DNA of 64,000 nucleotides from a virus. Lineage: Duplodnaviria > Caudoviricetes. The stretch spans positions 12,598-76,597 of the IMG/VR virus record IMGVR_UViG_3300001598_000004; one strand, given 5' to 3'. Position 1 is the stretch's first letter. Each line of letters begins with the position of its first letter. Made by a program: the position numbers and the translations under genes. The notes below the pieces were generated by a model. The model saw only the letters and a program-made list of their open reading frames with translations, had not been told where the DNA came from and did no database searches. Below, one piece after another: positions 50,262 through 60,169 of this stretch.

Positions 50262-50808
50262 GCCTGCAACAGCAGAGAAATTCTTGGCTCTATATCATTG
50301 CGACCACGAAACACGCATAGTAAGAAATATCTTAGATTGTTTCGGTGGCGAATTCCCTACCCTCGGCAGAGTTAACAGGCTCTACGGAGAAGGAACGGCA
50401 CAGGAGTGGCTTACATACCAAATCGGGCAGATGAATCTCTTTTGTGGTACGCAAAAGATGACAGGTCAGCAGTTGATTACGCTATGCGAGTATATCGCCA
50501 ACGATTTCTACTACCTAAAGGTTACAGAGGTAGTCTATTTCTTCCACCAAATCAAGATGGGTGAATACGGCTCATTCTACGGCAAGGTTGACCCTCAGAA
50601 AATCACAGAGGCTCTCATCAAATACTTTCTCCCTAAGAGAGCAGCAATCTTAGAAAAGATAGAACAACAAAAGAGGGAAGAAAAGAAAGAGGAAGAAAAG
50701 AAGAATGCCAAATATGCACCTGATTGGATCATAAAGAAACATGGTTTGAAGAAGGGCGAACCTTTATCAAATGTTTTCACTAAACTCAAAAAGATATGGA
50801 AAAATTAA
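50146..50808 (+). CDS. Replication-associated protein (helicase loader-like)
   Basis: Follows the initiator; FFHQIKMGEYGSFYGKVDP motif. Confidence 0.5.
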   Translation: MEITTTEQREASTQRPSKNSKNIQMPLCTSPNFAPTKSEPATAEKFLALYHCDHETRIVRNILDCFGGEFPTLGRVNRLYGEGTAQEWLTYQIGQMNLFCGTQKMTGQQLITLCEYIANDFYYLKVTEVVYFFHQIKMGEYGSFYGKVDPQKITEALIKYFLPKRAAILEKIEQQKREEKKEEEKKNAKYAPDWIIKKHGLKKGEPLSNVFTKLKKIWKN

Positions 50809-52736
50809 CTCTTAAAACATTAGTCATCCGAAACTTCCAGAGTTTTGATGAGATAATCGTCGGTTTCTTACCCCACGAGACTAATATAAGTGGAGATAAC
50901 GGTGTCGGCAAGACAACTATCTTCTCAGCATACACTTGGTTGCTCTTCGGCAAAGATGCTTTGATGCGAGAGAAATTCGACATCAAGCCTTATGGTTCTA
51001 AGAAGGAGGATGTTGAAGTTATATGTGTTTTAGAACACACTACGGATCATAGTAAAGAAGAGATTGAATTGCGCCGTGTCCTACACGAAATATGGACGGA
51101 TTTAGGAGAATATAAGGGCGATGAAACGCGATGCTTTATCAATGGTATTCTTACCAAAGCTACCGAATACAAGGCGTATATCAACACCTTTGCTTCAGAA
51201 AAAAATTTCTACATCCTTACCTACCCAAACTATTTCCTTTCAATGGATACAAAGTCGCAAAGAGATTATCTTTGCAAGATGGCTGGAGAAAAGGACATCA
51301 AGGATGTTATCACAGGCAACAAGAGATTGCTTGAAGCCTATGATCGCATACCAAAAGGATTCTCTATTGATGATTTCATCAAGAAGATAGAAGGCGAACT
51401 CAAAACCTTGAAAGATGAGAAGAAAGGCATACAACCTGCAATCGACGCATTGATTTCTACTATGCCGAAAGAGATTGATGATGACGATGTAAAGGAAGAG
51501 GAAGCTCGCATCAACAAGGAGATTGAGCACATTGACGAATTGTTGCTTTCATCGGAGAGTGCTATCAAAGAGAAGGTGATGGAGCGCACTGCGATATATG
51601 CCAAGATAGGCATAGCTCAAAGGAAGGTTATCGAACTCACGAAGGAGAGGGATGATAAGGTTCGAGATCTCAAGGACAAGGATGAAAAGGCTATCAATGA
51701 CGCAAAAACGTTGCAAATGATAAGGGTAAACAACCTCAAGATCCTCACAGGAGTTATCGAGTCACTTGAAAGCCAAATCGTATCCCATGAAGCGAAGAAG
51801 GATAGGCTCTACGGAGATTTGGATACTCTTATGAAGGAATGTCACAAGGTAAACGCAGAAGAGTTCTCTTCTATATGCCCCTATGCAAAGGTAACATGCA
51901 ACCATATTAGCAGCGATAGCAAAGAAGATTTCGAGGCGAAGAAAAAGGAACGTCTTGAAGCCTTGATGAAAGAAGGTAAAGCAAAGAATATAGAGTATGA
52001 GAGCGTCGTATCTGAAATCGCAGATCTCAACGAAGAACTTACGGCTAAGAGAAAGATTGCTGACTCTAAGAAAGCACAGATTGCGGAATATGTCGAGCCT
52101 ACTTATGATACCAAAGCAGAACAGGACAAGATCATCCTCTCCTATGACAAGGTTATCCACGAAACCCAAGAAGAAATAAACAACCTTCAATCAGCTTACG
52201 ATGCGTTCAAGATAGAGGATAATACCGATAAAGGTGCGTTAATGGAAGCAAGAGGCGTTTTACAGGCAAAAATCAAGGAGCTTCACACCCTTTCCGCTCA
52301 ATCCGAACTAAGAGATAGCATCAACGCGAAGATCGAAGAAAAGAGGAAGGAAGGTGTCGTTGTAGCATCTAAGATTGTCGCACACTCAGAACTCGCGGAG
52401 GATCTAAGAAGCATAAAGACGATGATAATCAAAGATTCAGCTCAACGCATCAACGATATGTTCGCTATCACAACTTGGGAGGTAACGGAGCTTTTGAAGA
52501 ATGGCACATACAGGGATACTTGCAAGCCTTTCGTAAATGGTGTTTCAGCATCACTCAACACAGCTATGGCACTCAACGTAAGACTCGACATCTGCCAAAC
52601 GATAAGCAACTACCTCGGTATCCGTCTGCCTTTATTCATTGACTCAAGAGAATGCTGTAACAAGACAATAGATTTATCTATGCAAATCATAAACTTGAGA
52701 GTAGCACCAATAGGTACGCCTCTCACTATTAATTAA
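50796..52736 (+). CDS. SMC/Rad50-like AAA ATPase
   Basis: Walker A GDNGVGKTT, long coiled coil, Zn-hook-like CPYAKVTC, Walker B PLFIDSRE. Confidence 0.85.
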   Translation: MEKLTLKTLVIRNFQSFDEIIVGFLPHETNISGDNGVGKTTIFSAYTWLLFGKDALMREKFDIKPYGSKKEDVEVICVLEHTTDHSKEEIELRRVLHEIWTDLGEYKGDETRCFINGILTKATEYKAYINTFASEKNFYILTYPNYFLSMDTKSQRDYLCKMAGEKDIKDVITGNKRLLEAYDRIPKGFSIDDFIKKIEGELKTLKDEKKGIQPAIDALISTMPKEIDDDDVKEEEARINKEIEHIDELLLSSESAIKEKVMERTAIYAKIGIAQRKVIELTKERDDKVRDLKDKDEKAINDAKTLQMIRVNNLKILTGVIESLESQIVSHEAKKDRLYGDLDTLMKECHKVNAEEFSSICPYAKVTCNHISSDSKEDFEAKKKERLEALMKEGKAKNIEYESVVSEIADLNEELTAKRKIADSKKAQIAEYVEPTYDTKAEQDKIILSYDKVIHETQEEINNLQSAYDAFKIEDNTDKGALMEARGVLQAKIKELHTLSAQSELRDSINAKIEEKRKEGVVVASKIVAHSELAEDLRSIKTMIIKDSAQRINDMFAITTWEVTELLKNGTYRDTCKPFVNGVSASLNTAMALNVRLDICQTISNYLGIRLPLFIDSRECCNKTIDLSMQIINLRVAPIGTPLTIN

Positions 52737-52755
52737 TCTCTAAAACAATAACAAA

Positions 52756-53526
52756 ATGGAAGAAAAAAAGCCAAATGAGCAGGTGAACATCACCGCTCCA
52801 GTAGTTAAGCCTACTGAAACAGTAGAGTACCTTATGACCTCTATCGGTCAGCAAGTGAAGAAGTTTGAGCTTCAGCAGCGTATGGCACAGGTCTATGCAT
52901 CTTCATCCATCGTACCTAAAGCCTATCAGGGTAGTGCCAACATCGGTAACGTTATCATCGCAATGGACATGGCAGAGCGCATCGGAATGAACCCTATCAC
53001 CGTAATGCAAAACCTATACGTCGTATATGGTAACCCTGGTTGGTCAAGCAAGTTCCTCATTTCATCTTTCAACCAGTGTGGCAAATACACTCCACTCCGC
53101 TTCGAGGTATGCGGTAAGCCTAACACAGACCAGTGCGGTATGCGTGCTTACGCTTACGAGAAGGACGATAGGAAGAAGGAGAACCCTCTATATGGTCCGT
53201 GGATCACTATCAAGACCGCGAAGGATGAGGGTTGGTATAACAAGCAAGGCTCTAAGTGGCAGACCATTCCAGAGTTGATGCTTCGCTATCGCGCTGCCGC
53301 TTGGTTCATCAACACCACCGCTCCTGAGATCTCAATGGGTCTGCCTACAAGAGAAGAGGTCGAGGACATCAGAGAGGTCGCCGATGCTGATGCCGTTGAG
53401 GTCTTTGATGATATTGCTATGCCAACAGATTTTGAAGAGGTCGTAGAGGAAGCTCCAAAGGAAGAGCCTAAGAAGAAGGAGGCTGCACCAAAGTCAGATA
53501 ACTCACCTCAGTCATTCTTTAGCTAA
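52756..53526 (+). CDS. Single-strand annealing recombinase (RecT/Redbeta-like)
   Basis: VMQNLYVVYGNPGWSSKF, WQTIPELMLRYRAA; between the AAA and MBL genes. Confidence 0.7.
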   Translation: MEEKKPNEQVNITAPVVKPTETVEYLMTSIGQQVKKFELQQRMAQVYASSSIVPKAYQGSANIGNVIIAMDMAERIGMNPITVMQNLYVVYGNPGWSSKFLISSFNQCGKYTPLRFEVCGKPNTDQCGMRAYAYEKDDRKKENPLYGPWITIKTAKDEGWYNKQGSKWQTIPELMLRYRAAAWFINTTAPEISMGLPTREEVEDIREVADADAVEVFDDIAMPTDFEEVVEEAPKEEPKKKEAAPKSDNSPQSFFS

Positions 53527-54239
53527 TGAAGGTCAAAGTTTACGGAAGCGGATCTTCTGGAAACACCTATACACTCACATCAAGCACGGGGGAAACCTTA
53601 GTGCTTGATGCTGGCGTTAACCCGAAGGATGTTTTTAGGGATGTTTCGCCCGAAAACATATCCGCAGTCCTTGTGACGCATACACACGGCGACCATATCG
53701 CTTATATCAACCGATATTTCGACTGTTTCGCGCCTGTTGTCGCCCCGATAGACAATAACAAGGCAATTATGCCAGAGGTTAAGAAACGGCTTCGCTTCGG
53801 CGGTTTTTCTGTTACCCCGTTAGAGATGTACCACGATGTTCCTTGTTTCGGGTATTTCATAACCCACAAGGAAGCACCAAAAGGGATCTTATACGCTACC
53901 GACACGGCAAGGATAAAGTATAAGTTTAAGGAGCTTTCTCTCGCGATGATTGAAGCCGATTATGACAAAATGAGTATATGGGAGAATTGCAAAGCAGGTA
54001 TAGTGCCTGTATCGGTAGCAGAAAGAACGAAACAGACACATTTCAGTCTTGAAAAGGCGATTTGGTATTGCAAGAACGGAATAGAGTTCCCTAATCAGAT
54101 TATGTTGGTGCATCTATCCTCACAAAACGCCAATGCGGGGATGTTTAGGGACCTTTTTTTACAAGAGGTTGGAATAGATCCATATATAGCCACAAAAGGT
54201 TTAGAGTTTGATATTAAGGCGTTTAGCCTTTTCTCATAA
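53526..54239 (+). CDS. MBL-fold metallohydrolase (recombination exonuclease)
   Basis: GSGSSGN, THTHGDH, HDVP, ATDT, IEADY, HLS. Confidence 0.9.
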   Translation: MKVKVYGSGSSGNTYTLTSSTGETLVLDAGVNPKDVFRDVSPENISAVLVTHTHGDHIAYINRYFDCFAPVVAPIDNNKAIMPEVKKRLRFGGFSVTPLEMYHDVPCFGYFITHKEAPKGILYATDTARIKYKFKELSLAMIEADYDKMSIWENCKAGIVPVSVAERTKQTHFSLEKAIWYCKNGIEFPNQIMLVHLSSQNANAGMFRDLFLQEVGIDPYIATKGLEFDIKAFSLFS

Positions 54240-54373
54240 GAAATCATAACACAAGTATAGTCGTAAAGATTGTATTTGTGTTATTTTTTGTTAATTATAT
54301 CACATTAATCATCTTTGTGATTAGTTTGTTTAGTACCTTTGCAGACGAATTAATCTCTAAAACGTAAATCACT

Positions 54374-54670
54374 ATGCTTATAACATCTATTATCGAAGCG
54401 TCGTGCGAGGTTTGTAATGTAGAGGAAGATGATTTCTTGAGCCGTAAGAGGATTACGAATCTCAATATTGCACGAGGTCTGTTTATGGTTATTGCATCAG
54501 AGTATGGGTATAGCTCTGAGGTTATCGGTTTTGCCATATTTCGTAGCCGCCCTTCTACTACTATCACAAGACAAAGGTACAAAGGCTACCTCGAAATCAA
54601 AGACAGATATATTACCAACACATATAACAAAATCAAAGAAAAGCTGAATAATGGACACCTACATTCCTGA
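54374..54670 (+). CDS. DnaA domain IV-like HTH protein
   Basis: EDDFLSRKRITNLNIARGLFM...SSEVIGF...RSRPSTT. Confidence 0.6.
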   Translation: MLITSIIEASCEVCNVEEDDFLSRKRITNLNIARGLFMVIASEYGYSSEVIGFAIFRSRPSTTITRQRYKGYLEIKDRYITNTYNKIKEKLNNGHLHS

Positions 54671-55400
54671 TTGTATCTTTCCTTCGGATAATGATGCCGA
54701 AATCCCTTCACTCCGACTCGATATGCAGCCAGAGTTCGTTGACATCCCTTTTGTTTGTTTCGGAGAACAGAAGCGCACCTTTCAAATGAATGGCTGCGGT
54801 ACGCTCCATTTCTACACCGACGATTATCGTTTCAGTGTGTTGTATGAGCATCCAGAGAAGATCCTTCAACATAACCCTCGTAATATCGTAGAGCCAAACT
54901 TCTCATTGTTCAATGAAATGCCTATCGCGTTTGGTCTGCAAGCCATTTACAAGAAGCGTTTTATTTCGAGAGCTATGCAAGAGCGAGGAATCAGAGTGTT
55001 CGTGGATCTGAATGTTTCTGCGAAGTTCTATCAACTCAATCTACTTGGCGTACCACAGGGGTATTCTTCATTCTGTACTCGCGGATATTCTGACCGTATC
55101 AACTACTTACAATTCGAGTATGAAATGGCAAAATCTATTGCAGGCGACAATCCGCTTACTTTCGTCATATACGGCGGTGGCAAGGTGTGCAAAGATTTCG
55201 CGAAGCAGAACGGATGTATCTACATCACTCCTGTCGTTACAATGAAGAAGTCTTTGAAGGCTCTTGATAAGATTGGCAACAACATCGCTTTCTTCGGACA
55301 GCAGTTTAGCGTTGAGAATCTTGTAGAAGAGAAAAAGAAGCAGATTACTGATAATCAGATGTTTGACTTTAGAGAAGGACAGAAACTGATAGAGAACTAA
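54651..55400 (+). CDS. DUF4417 family protein
   Basis: LHFYTDDYRF, PNFSLF, MQERGIRV motifs. Confidence 0.7.
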   Translation: MDTYIPDCIFPSDNDAEIPSLRLDMQPEFVDIPFVCFGEQKRTFQMNGCGTLHFYTDDYRFSVLYEHPEKILQHNPRNIVEPNFSLFNEMPIAFGLQAIYKKRFISRAMQERGIRVFVDLNVSAKFYQLNLLGVPQGYSSFCTRGYSDRINYLQFEYEMAKSIAGDNPLTFVIYGGGKVCKDFAKQNGCIYITPVVTMKKSLKALDKIGNNIAFFGQQFSVENLVEEKKKQITDNQMFDFREGQKLIEN

Positions 55401-55404
55401 GTAT

Positions 55405-55515
55405 CAAATCTTAAAATATATTAAATCTTAACTTACTCACTGTCAGATAGTTGTGAGTCTGAGATCTTTTTATTAATTTTAGACCATCAAACATTTTAAC
55501 ATAGGAGATTTAACA
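55405..55515 (+). promoter_or_regulatory. Early promoter/leader module
   Basis: TAATTTTAGACCATCAAACATTTTAACATAGGAGATTTAACA before ATG 55516. Confidence 0.7.
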
Positions 55516-55911
55516 ATGAAATTCAACTACAATGACGGAGGTCGTAGCAAGTACTTTAGAGCTACAAATGTCGGTGATTGCGTTACAAGAGCTATCGCTA
55601 TTGCAACACAAAGAGATTACAAAGAGGTGTATAACGAAGTTGCAAAGATATTAGGCTACTCTCCAAGAGACGGAGTGAAGCACCAACACACAAGAAAGGT
55701 CGTCGAGCACTTCGGTGGTAGATGGACAGCATTAATGGCTATCGGCACAGGTTGCAAACACCACCTTAAAGACGGAGAGATCCCGATGCAAGGCAATATC
55801 ATCTGTTCCGTATCTGGACACCTTGTAGCCGTCGTAAACGGCGTGATAAACGACCTTACAGATTGTAGCCGAGGCGGCACACGTTGCGTCTATGGTTACT
55901 GGATGTTCTAA
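55516..55911 (+). CDS. Small papain-like (C-H-D) peptidase-fold protein
   Basis: GDCVTRAIAIA...SGHLVAVVNG.IND. Confidence 0.5.
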   Translation: MKFNYNDGGRSKYFRATNVGDCVTRAIAIATQRDYKEVYNEVAKILGYSPRDGVKHQHTRKVVEHFGGRWTALMAIGTGCKHHLKDGEIPMQGNIICSVSGHLVAVVNGVINDLTDCSRGGTRCVYGYWMF

Positions 55912-55912
55912 A

Positions 55913-55968
55913 TGTTTATTCGTAGGTTGCGACATATTTGCAACCTACGAATTTTCTTACTACTTTTG
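55913..55968 (+). promoter_or_regulatory. Late-type promoter TGTTTATTCG-N38-TACTTTTG, overlapping a 12-bp hairpin
   Basis: TGTTTATTCG 55913-55922, TACTTTTG 55961-55968; TTCGTAGGTTGC/GCAACCTACGAA stem. Confidence 0.7.
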
Positions 55969-55998
55969 CAGAAATTATCAAATATAACACATAACAAT

Positions 55999-56434
55999 AT
56001 GGGAAAACAGACAGGAAGCACTCGCAGTTCAAGTAGTTCCTCTCCACGTGGGATTAGTGCACCTACAGGCAGTATGGGGGGGTAGAAAAATGAGTTCACC
56101 TTCTTTTACAGTAGAAGATTTCGATAAGAAAGTAGACAAATTACTTAGCTCACCTTATGGATGGCAAGGAAATACACGCCAACAGTTCATTGACTTAGGT
56201 ACAGCAAAAGGACAGAAACTTGGTCACGCTACTATTACGAAAGCTTCATATGTGGACGAGGACGGAAATAGGCGAACCGCTTATATACCTACGGCAAGTG
56301 TTGGCAAAGAACAGGTTGTTACAGATATGAACCCTATCTATATTTCATCAATGCAAGGAGCAAAAGATTATGCTCTTGATGCTATTAGGAAGTACCACCA
56401 GAAAGAATTTGCTAAGAAGTACAAGCGAACCTAA
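55999..56434 (+). CDS. Hypothetical protein split by a G7 tract (55999-56085 + 56048-56434)
   Basis: ATG 55999 frame stops at ATG GGG GGG TAG; removing one G joins it to the downstream frame. Confidence 0.5.
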
Positions 56435-56502
56435 CTCTTAATTTATGCTAAAATTTGCCGCATAATATAGCGACTTTATAATTTTCTGATTATATTTGCA
56501 AC

Positions 56503-56598
56503 GATTTTCAAGGAGTTCTTCGCGAGAACGAACTCCTTTCTGTAAATCTCCTACAAAATGTTTGACCCGAGCGCATATCTTTTTATGCGCTCTTTTTT
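56503..56598 (+). ncRNA. Candidate trans-acting antisense sRNA (~95 nt)
   Basis: TATATTTG box 56491-56498; 5' hairpin 56510-56538; unpaired core TGTAAATCTCCTACAAAATGTTTGA 56541-56565 complementary to early leaders; terminator 56569-56598. Confidence 0.7.
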
Positions 56599-56624
56599 AT
56601 AGAACCTAATAAATTATATGCTAC

Positions 56625-57083
56625 ATGGACGACAGTATATTAGAGCAGTTAGTGGTAAACTTATCAGAACAAGTAAAGAATCGTGATGCCTTGATTGACC
56701 GCATCATCTTCGCGATGGCTGAACAGACCAAGACAAGAAACGAGCAGATGAATAACCTTCTCAACGTCATAACCGAAACAAATAGAGTTATGGCAGAAAG
56801 GGGTAAAGAGTCTGATGATAGGATGCGTATCGTCAACACTATGGTACACAACCTTATTGACGATTACAAAAATACCCACGAAACATATCGTGAGCATTTA
56901 GAGAAATTAGAGAAAGACCACGCAGAGATAAAAGAAGAGAAGCAGAAACTACTAACCTCTTTGGATCGCCTTGTGGATAGAGTAGAACAGGCAGAAATGA
57001 CCAACAACCAGCTCTTACAAATGATTAAAGAACTTGCAATACAGAAAGCTGCAAGCAATAATATCAATATCAATAAGAGGTAA
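56625..57083 (+). CDS. Coiled-coil hypothetical protein
   Basis: 152 aa helical ORF just after the sRNA terminator. Confidence 0.55.
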   Translation: MDDSILEQLVVNLSEQVKNRDALIDRIIFAMAEQTKTRNEQMNNLLNVITETNRVMAERGKESDDRMRIVNTMVHNLIDDYKNTHETYREHLEKLEKDHAEIKEEKQKLLTSLDRLVDRVEQAEMTNNQLLQMIKELAIQKAASNNININKR

Positions 57084-57534
57084 GATGCGATCGGCAGTGT
57101 TCGCACAACAACTTCTTACAATACGGAAATAATGCCCTTGCTATGTCGCCTATTAAGTAGCAAGGTTCTTCCCCACATTCGGGTATTCCACATTCGTCTG
57201 CAATGTATTGTTGTAGATGGCGTAGCTCATGCACGATAGAGTCGAAGAACTCCGCAGAAGAAGAGGTGATGCTTGTAACCAATACCGCCTCCCTTCTCTC
57301 CTTATTCCCATAACATAGTCCACTATCCAAATCGCCTGATATGAGGTTTTTGTGCGCTTTCAGGATAATTTCCTTTGGCGCACCAATTCTCCGCATCACA
57401 TCAAGGATTTCGTAGGTATAATAGGTATCTACGGCAAAGAATACGTGTAGAGTCCAATCATATTTTGGGATATGGATCAAAGCGTCTATCATAGAAGATC
57501 CTCCCAATCTATCGGCTCGCCTTTCGCGATGCAC
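57070..57534 (-). CDS. HExxH motif protein (likely start ATG 57492)
   Basis: IVHELRHLQQ. Confidence 0.55.
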   Translation of the reverse strand: MHRERRADRLGGSSMIDALIHIPKYDWTLHVFFAVDTYYTYEILDVMRRIGAPKEIILKAHKNLISGDLDSGLCYGNKERREAVLVTSITSSSAEFFDSIVHELRHLQQYIADECGIPECGEEPCYLIGDIARALFPYCKKLLCEHCRSHLTSY

Positions 57535-60169
57535 TTCTGCAACCAGTAGCGGAATGGCAATTCATCACTACCATCTATGTCATCAAGGGTATCCTTAACG
57601 AAAAGAGCAACGTGTACCTCTTCTGGAACACTCGACTTATAGAGGTCAGCTTTGCACCAGTTCGCTTGATATGTTGCATCATACATTATGTTATTTTCAA
57701 GCTGCACTCCATACTTTGTAAGGAGCGTTTCGACCTGTTCCTTAGTCCACGGCTCGATAGACTCAACTTTACCCGATGAAGGATTCTTCTTCTTCATCGC
57801 TTTTACAGCTACGTCGCACGCTTTTTTGTTGAAGTGAAAGCCGTAAGAAGAGATATACGCACGCATTGCAGGTGGCATATCATCGTATAAATCTAAAGGT
57901 AAATGTTTCATAACTTGCTTTTTTTACAGATTGGGTCTGAAAAAGTCCGAAATTCAGACCTTCCCAGACCCTACTTTTTAGTTATACATTGAGTATCGTC
58001 CAGTGCCACGTACACCGCGACGATCTCCGTAAGCCTCCCAACGATCACCATAAGGTGACATAGGATAGTGACGCTCGCCCATGTGGTCATAGTCCTCACG
58101 CATACCCATTCGGTCGCCGTATGGGTAATCCATTTCACGCATACCAATGCGCTCGCCCATTTCAGGCTCTTCGCACATCTGAGATAATCGTGACATCACC
58201 TTACCGAAGACGTGCAGACCATCTTCTACCATTCCCTTGAGTTCTTCGGTCTTGGCTCTTGGTATCTTAATAATAGTTGTTGCCATAATTATGTTTCCTT
58301 TCTTGATTTGTTTGTAGAAGAAGATGAACTCTCAGCAAGCCTTTCATTCAGCAATGCAATTGTCTTAGACATTTGTGCCATTTGGGTTCGCATTTCTGCC
58401 ATTTCCTTATCCCTCTGAGCCTTCTCCTGCTGTTCAGGATTGAGTTGAACTATGAGAGCATCAATACTCTTGACTCTCTGGTCGTGGAACGGAACTGCAT
58501 TGATGTGATTGATAGAGTCCTGCTTCATAGAAAGCAGAGCATCATTCAAAGCCTCTTTGTCGCAAGCAACGATGACCTCTTCACCAGTTGTAGGGTTCAT
58601 AGCTTTGGCAGTCGCAGAGTTAGGATTGATGCCTCTATACGGCAAGCTTTTATCCCCTACTCTTATGGTTACATCAATAGGATACGATGGCATATTTGGA
58701 TAGTACCCCATCAATGGCATATTCGGTATTGACTCTACTACTCCGTTGTCTATCGTAGGAGTGGCTGATGTAGAATGTATGACATAAACATTACTACCTT
58801 GTCTTAACTGATTGAACATCTTCTTTTGTTTTTACTGTTAATACTAAACCACAGCAGAAACCACTTCAACTATGTCTTTACTAAAGTCATAGAAAACAAG
58901 GTCATACTCTGGTACGGTTATATCCTCTGCTACCAATGGTTGACCTCCAGCCTTTGTAACAGCCTTGCGCGAACCGCTGACACCTCTTGTTTCAAAGTAA
59001 ATTGGTGTTGTGGCTGTTGTGCCTGTTGGTGCTGCCTTTGTAAAGTGAATAAGCAAAAGACCATTGTAAGGACTGTTAACAAACGGATGGTTCTCAAAAA
59101 TGTATGTGAGAGTATTGTTCGAGAGAACTGCATCAATAGTCTCAAGTCCAAATATGCCGCGCTTATTAAATGCTATAGGAAAAGCCATGAGTTACCTCCT
59201 TTCTTAGCCAAAGATACCAGCACCATTAAGACCAAACTGACCAGCACCATATCCGTAGAGCTGCCATGCAGGTACTCCTACAAGGTTAGGATACTGAACT
59301 GTGGCAGTACTTGGCAGTTTGCACTGAATATCACTTACCGCCTTGAAGAGTGGCGCAATTTCAGCCTGACGTTCTGCACGCGCTGTCAAAGATGCAACCT
59401 GTGCTGTAAGAGCATTAATCTCACGATCCTTGCGAGAGTCCTCGATAGCGTCGAGTTTAGCGAGAATCTTACCTGTGTTGTCAGTGTTGTTCTGACGAGT
59501 AGCGCATGACTGCTCTGCGAGAGCATAACCAAGCTGACTAAATCCACGCTCTACTCCAACATTTGTCTGGTTGAAGCCGTTAAGCATTGAGTTCTGAATA
59601 TCCTTCTGTCCGAGCTGATTTTGGAAGCCCTGCTGCGTGATAGCATCACGAAGAGTGCAACAGCAGTTAGCGAGCTGAGTCTGGAGTGCGTTGTTGCCCT
59701 GCATGATAGCCGTCAATGTCTGATTGAAAGACTGCCCCTGGTTAGCAGAAAGCGCACAAATGTCCTTGCTTACACCATTGATAGCAGCTGTGATAGCGTC
59801 AGCAGATGTGTTTGTCATGTTAGCCAATGACTGAATATCTACGCCGTTTCTCTGGAGCATCTGCATCAGGAGCTGAGTGTTTGAGTCGTTGTTAATCATA
59901 TTTGGAAGCGCACAACCGCCACCATTACGATTACCACCAAACAAGCCGCCACCCCAACCATTGTTACCAAAGATAGCTGCAATGACAATGAGGGCAATAA
60001 TGTCGCTCAAGCCGTTGTTGCCGAACGCGCCACGATTAGAGCACATAGCGATAAGAGAAGGATCTACGCCCTGCTTTTGGAGAAGGGCTGGAAGCATCGC
60101 GAGGATGCCGTTAGTGCTATTGTTGCCGTCGTTGACAACATAGCAATCTGAGTTAGGTACATATCCCAT
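57489..60169 (-). CDS. Five-gene cassette of unknown function (57489-57911, 57978-58286, 58289-58819, 58844-59188, 59204-60169)
   Basis: Co-oriented, low-complexity Met/Gln/Gly-rich proteins; the first has an NCCC motif and coiled coil; TACCTTTG box at 60239-60246 (-). Confidence 0.6.
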
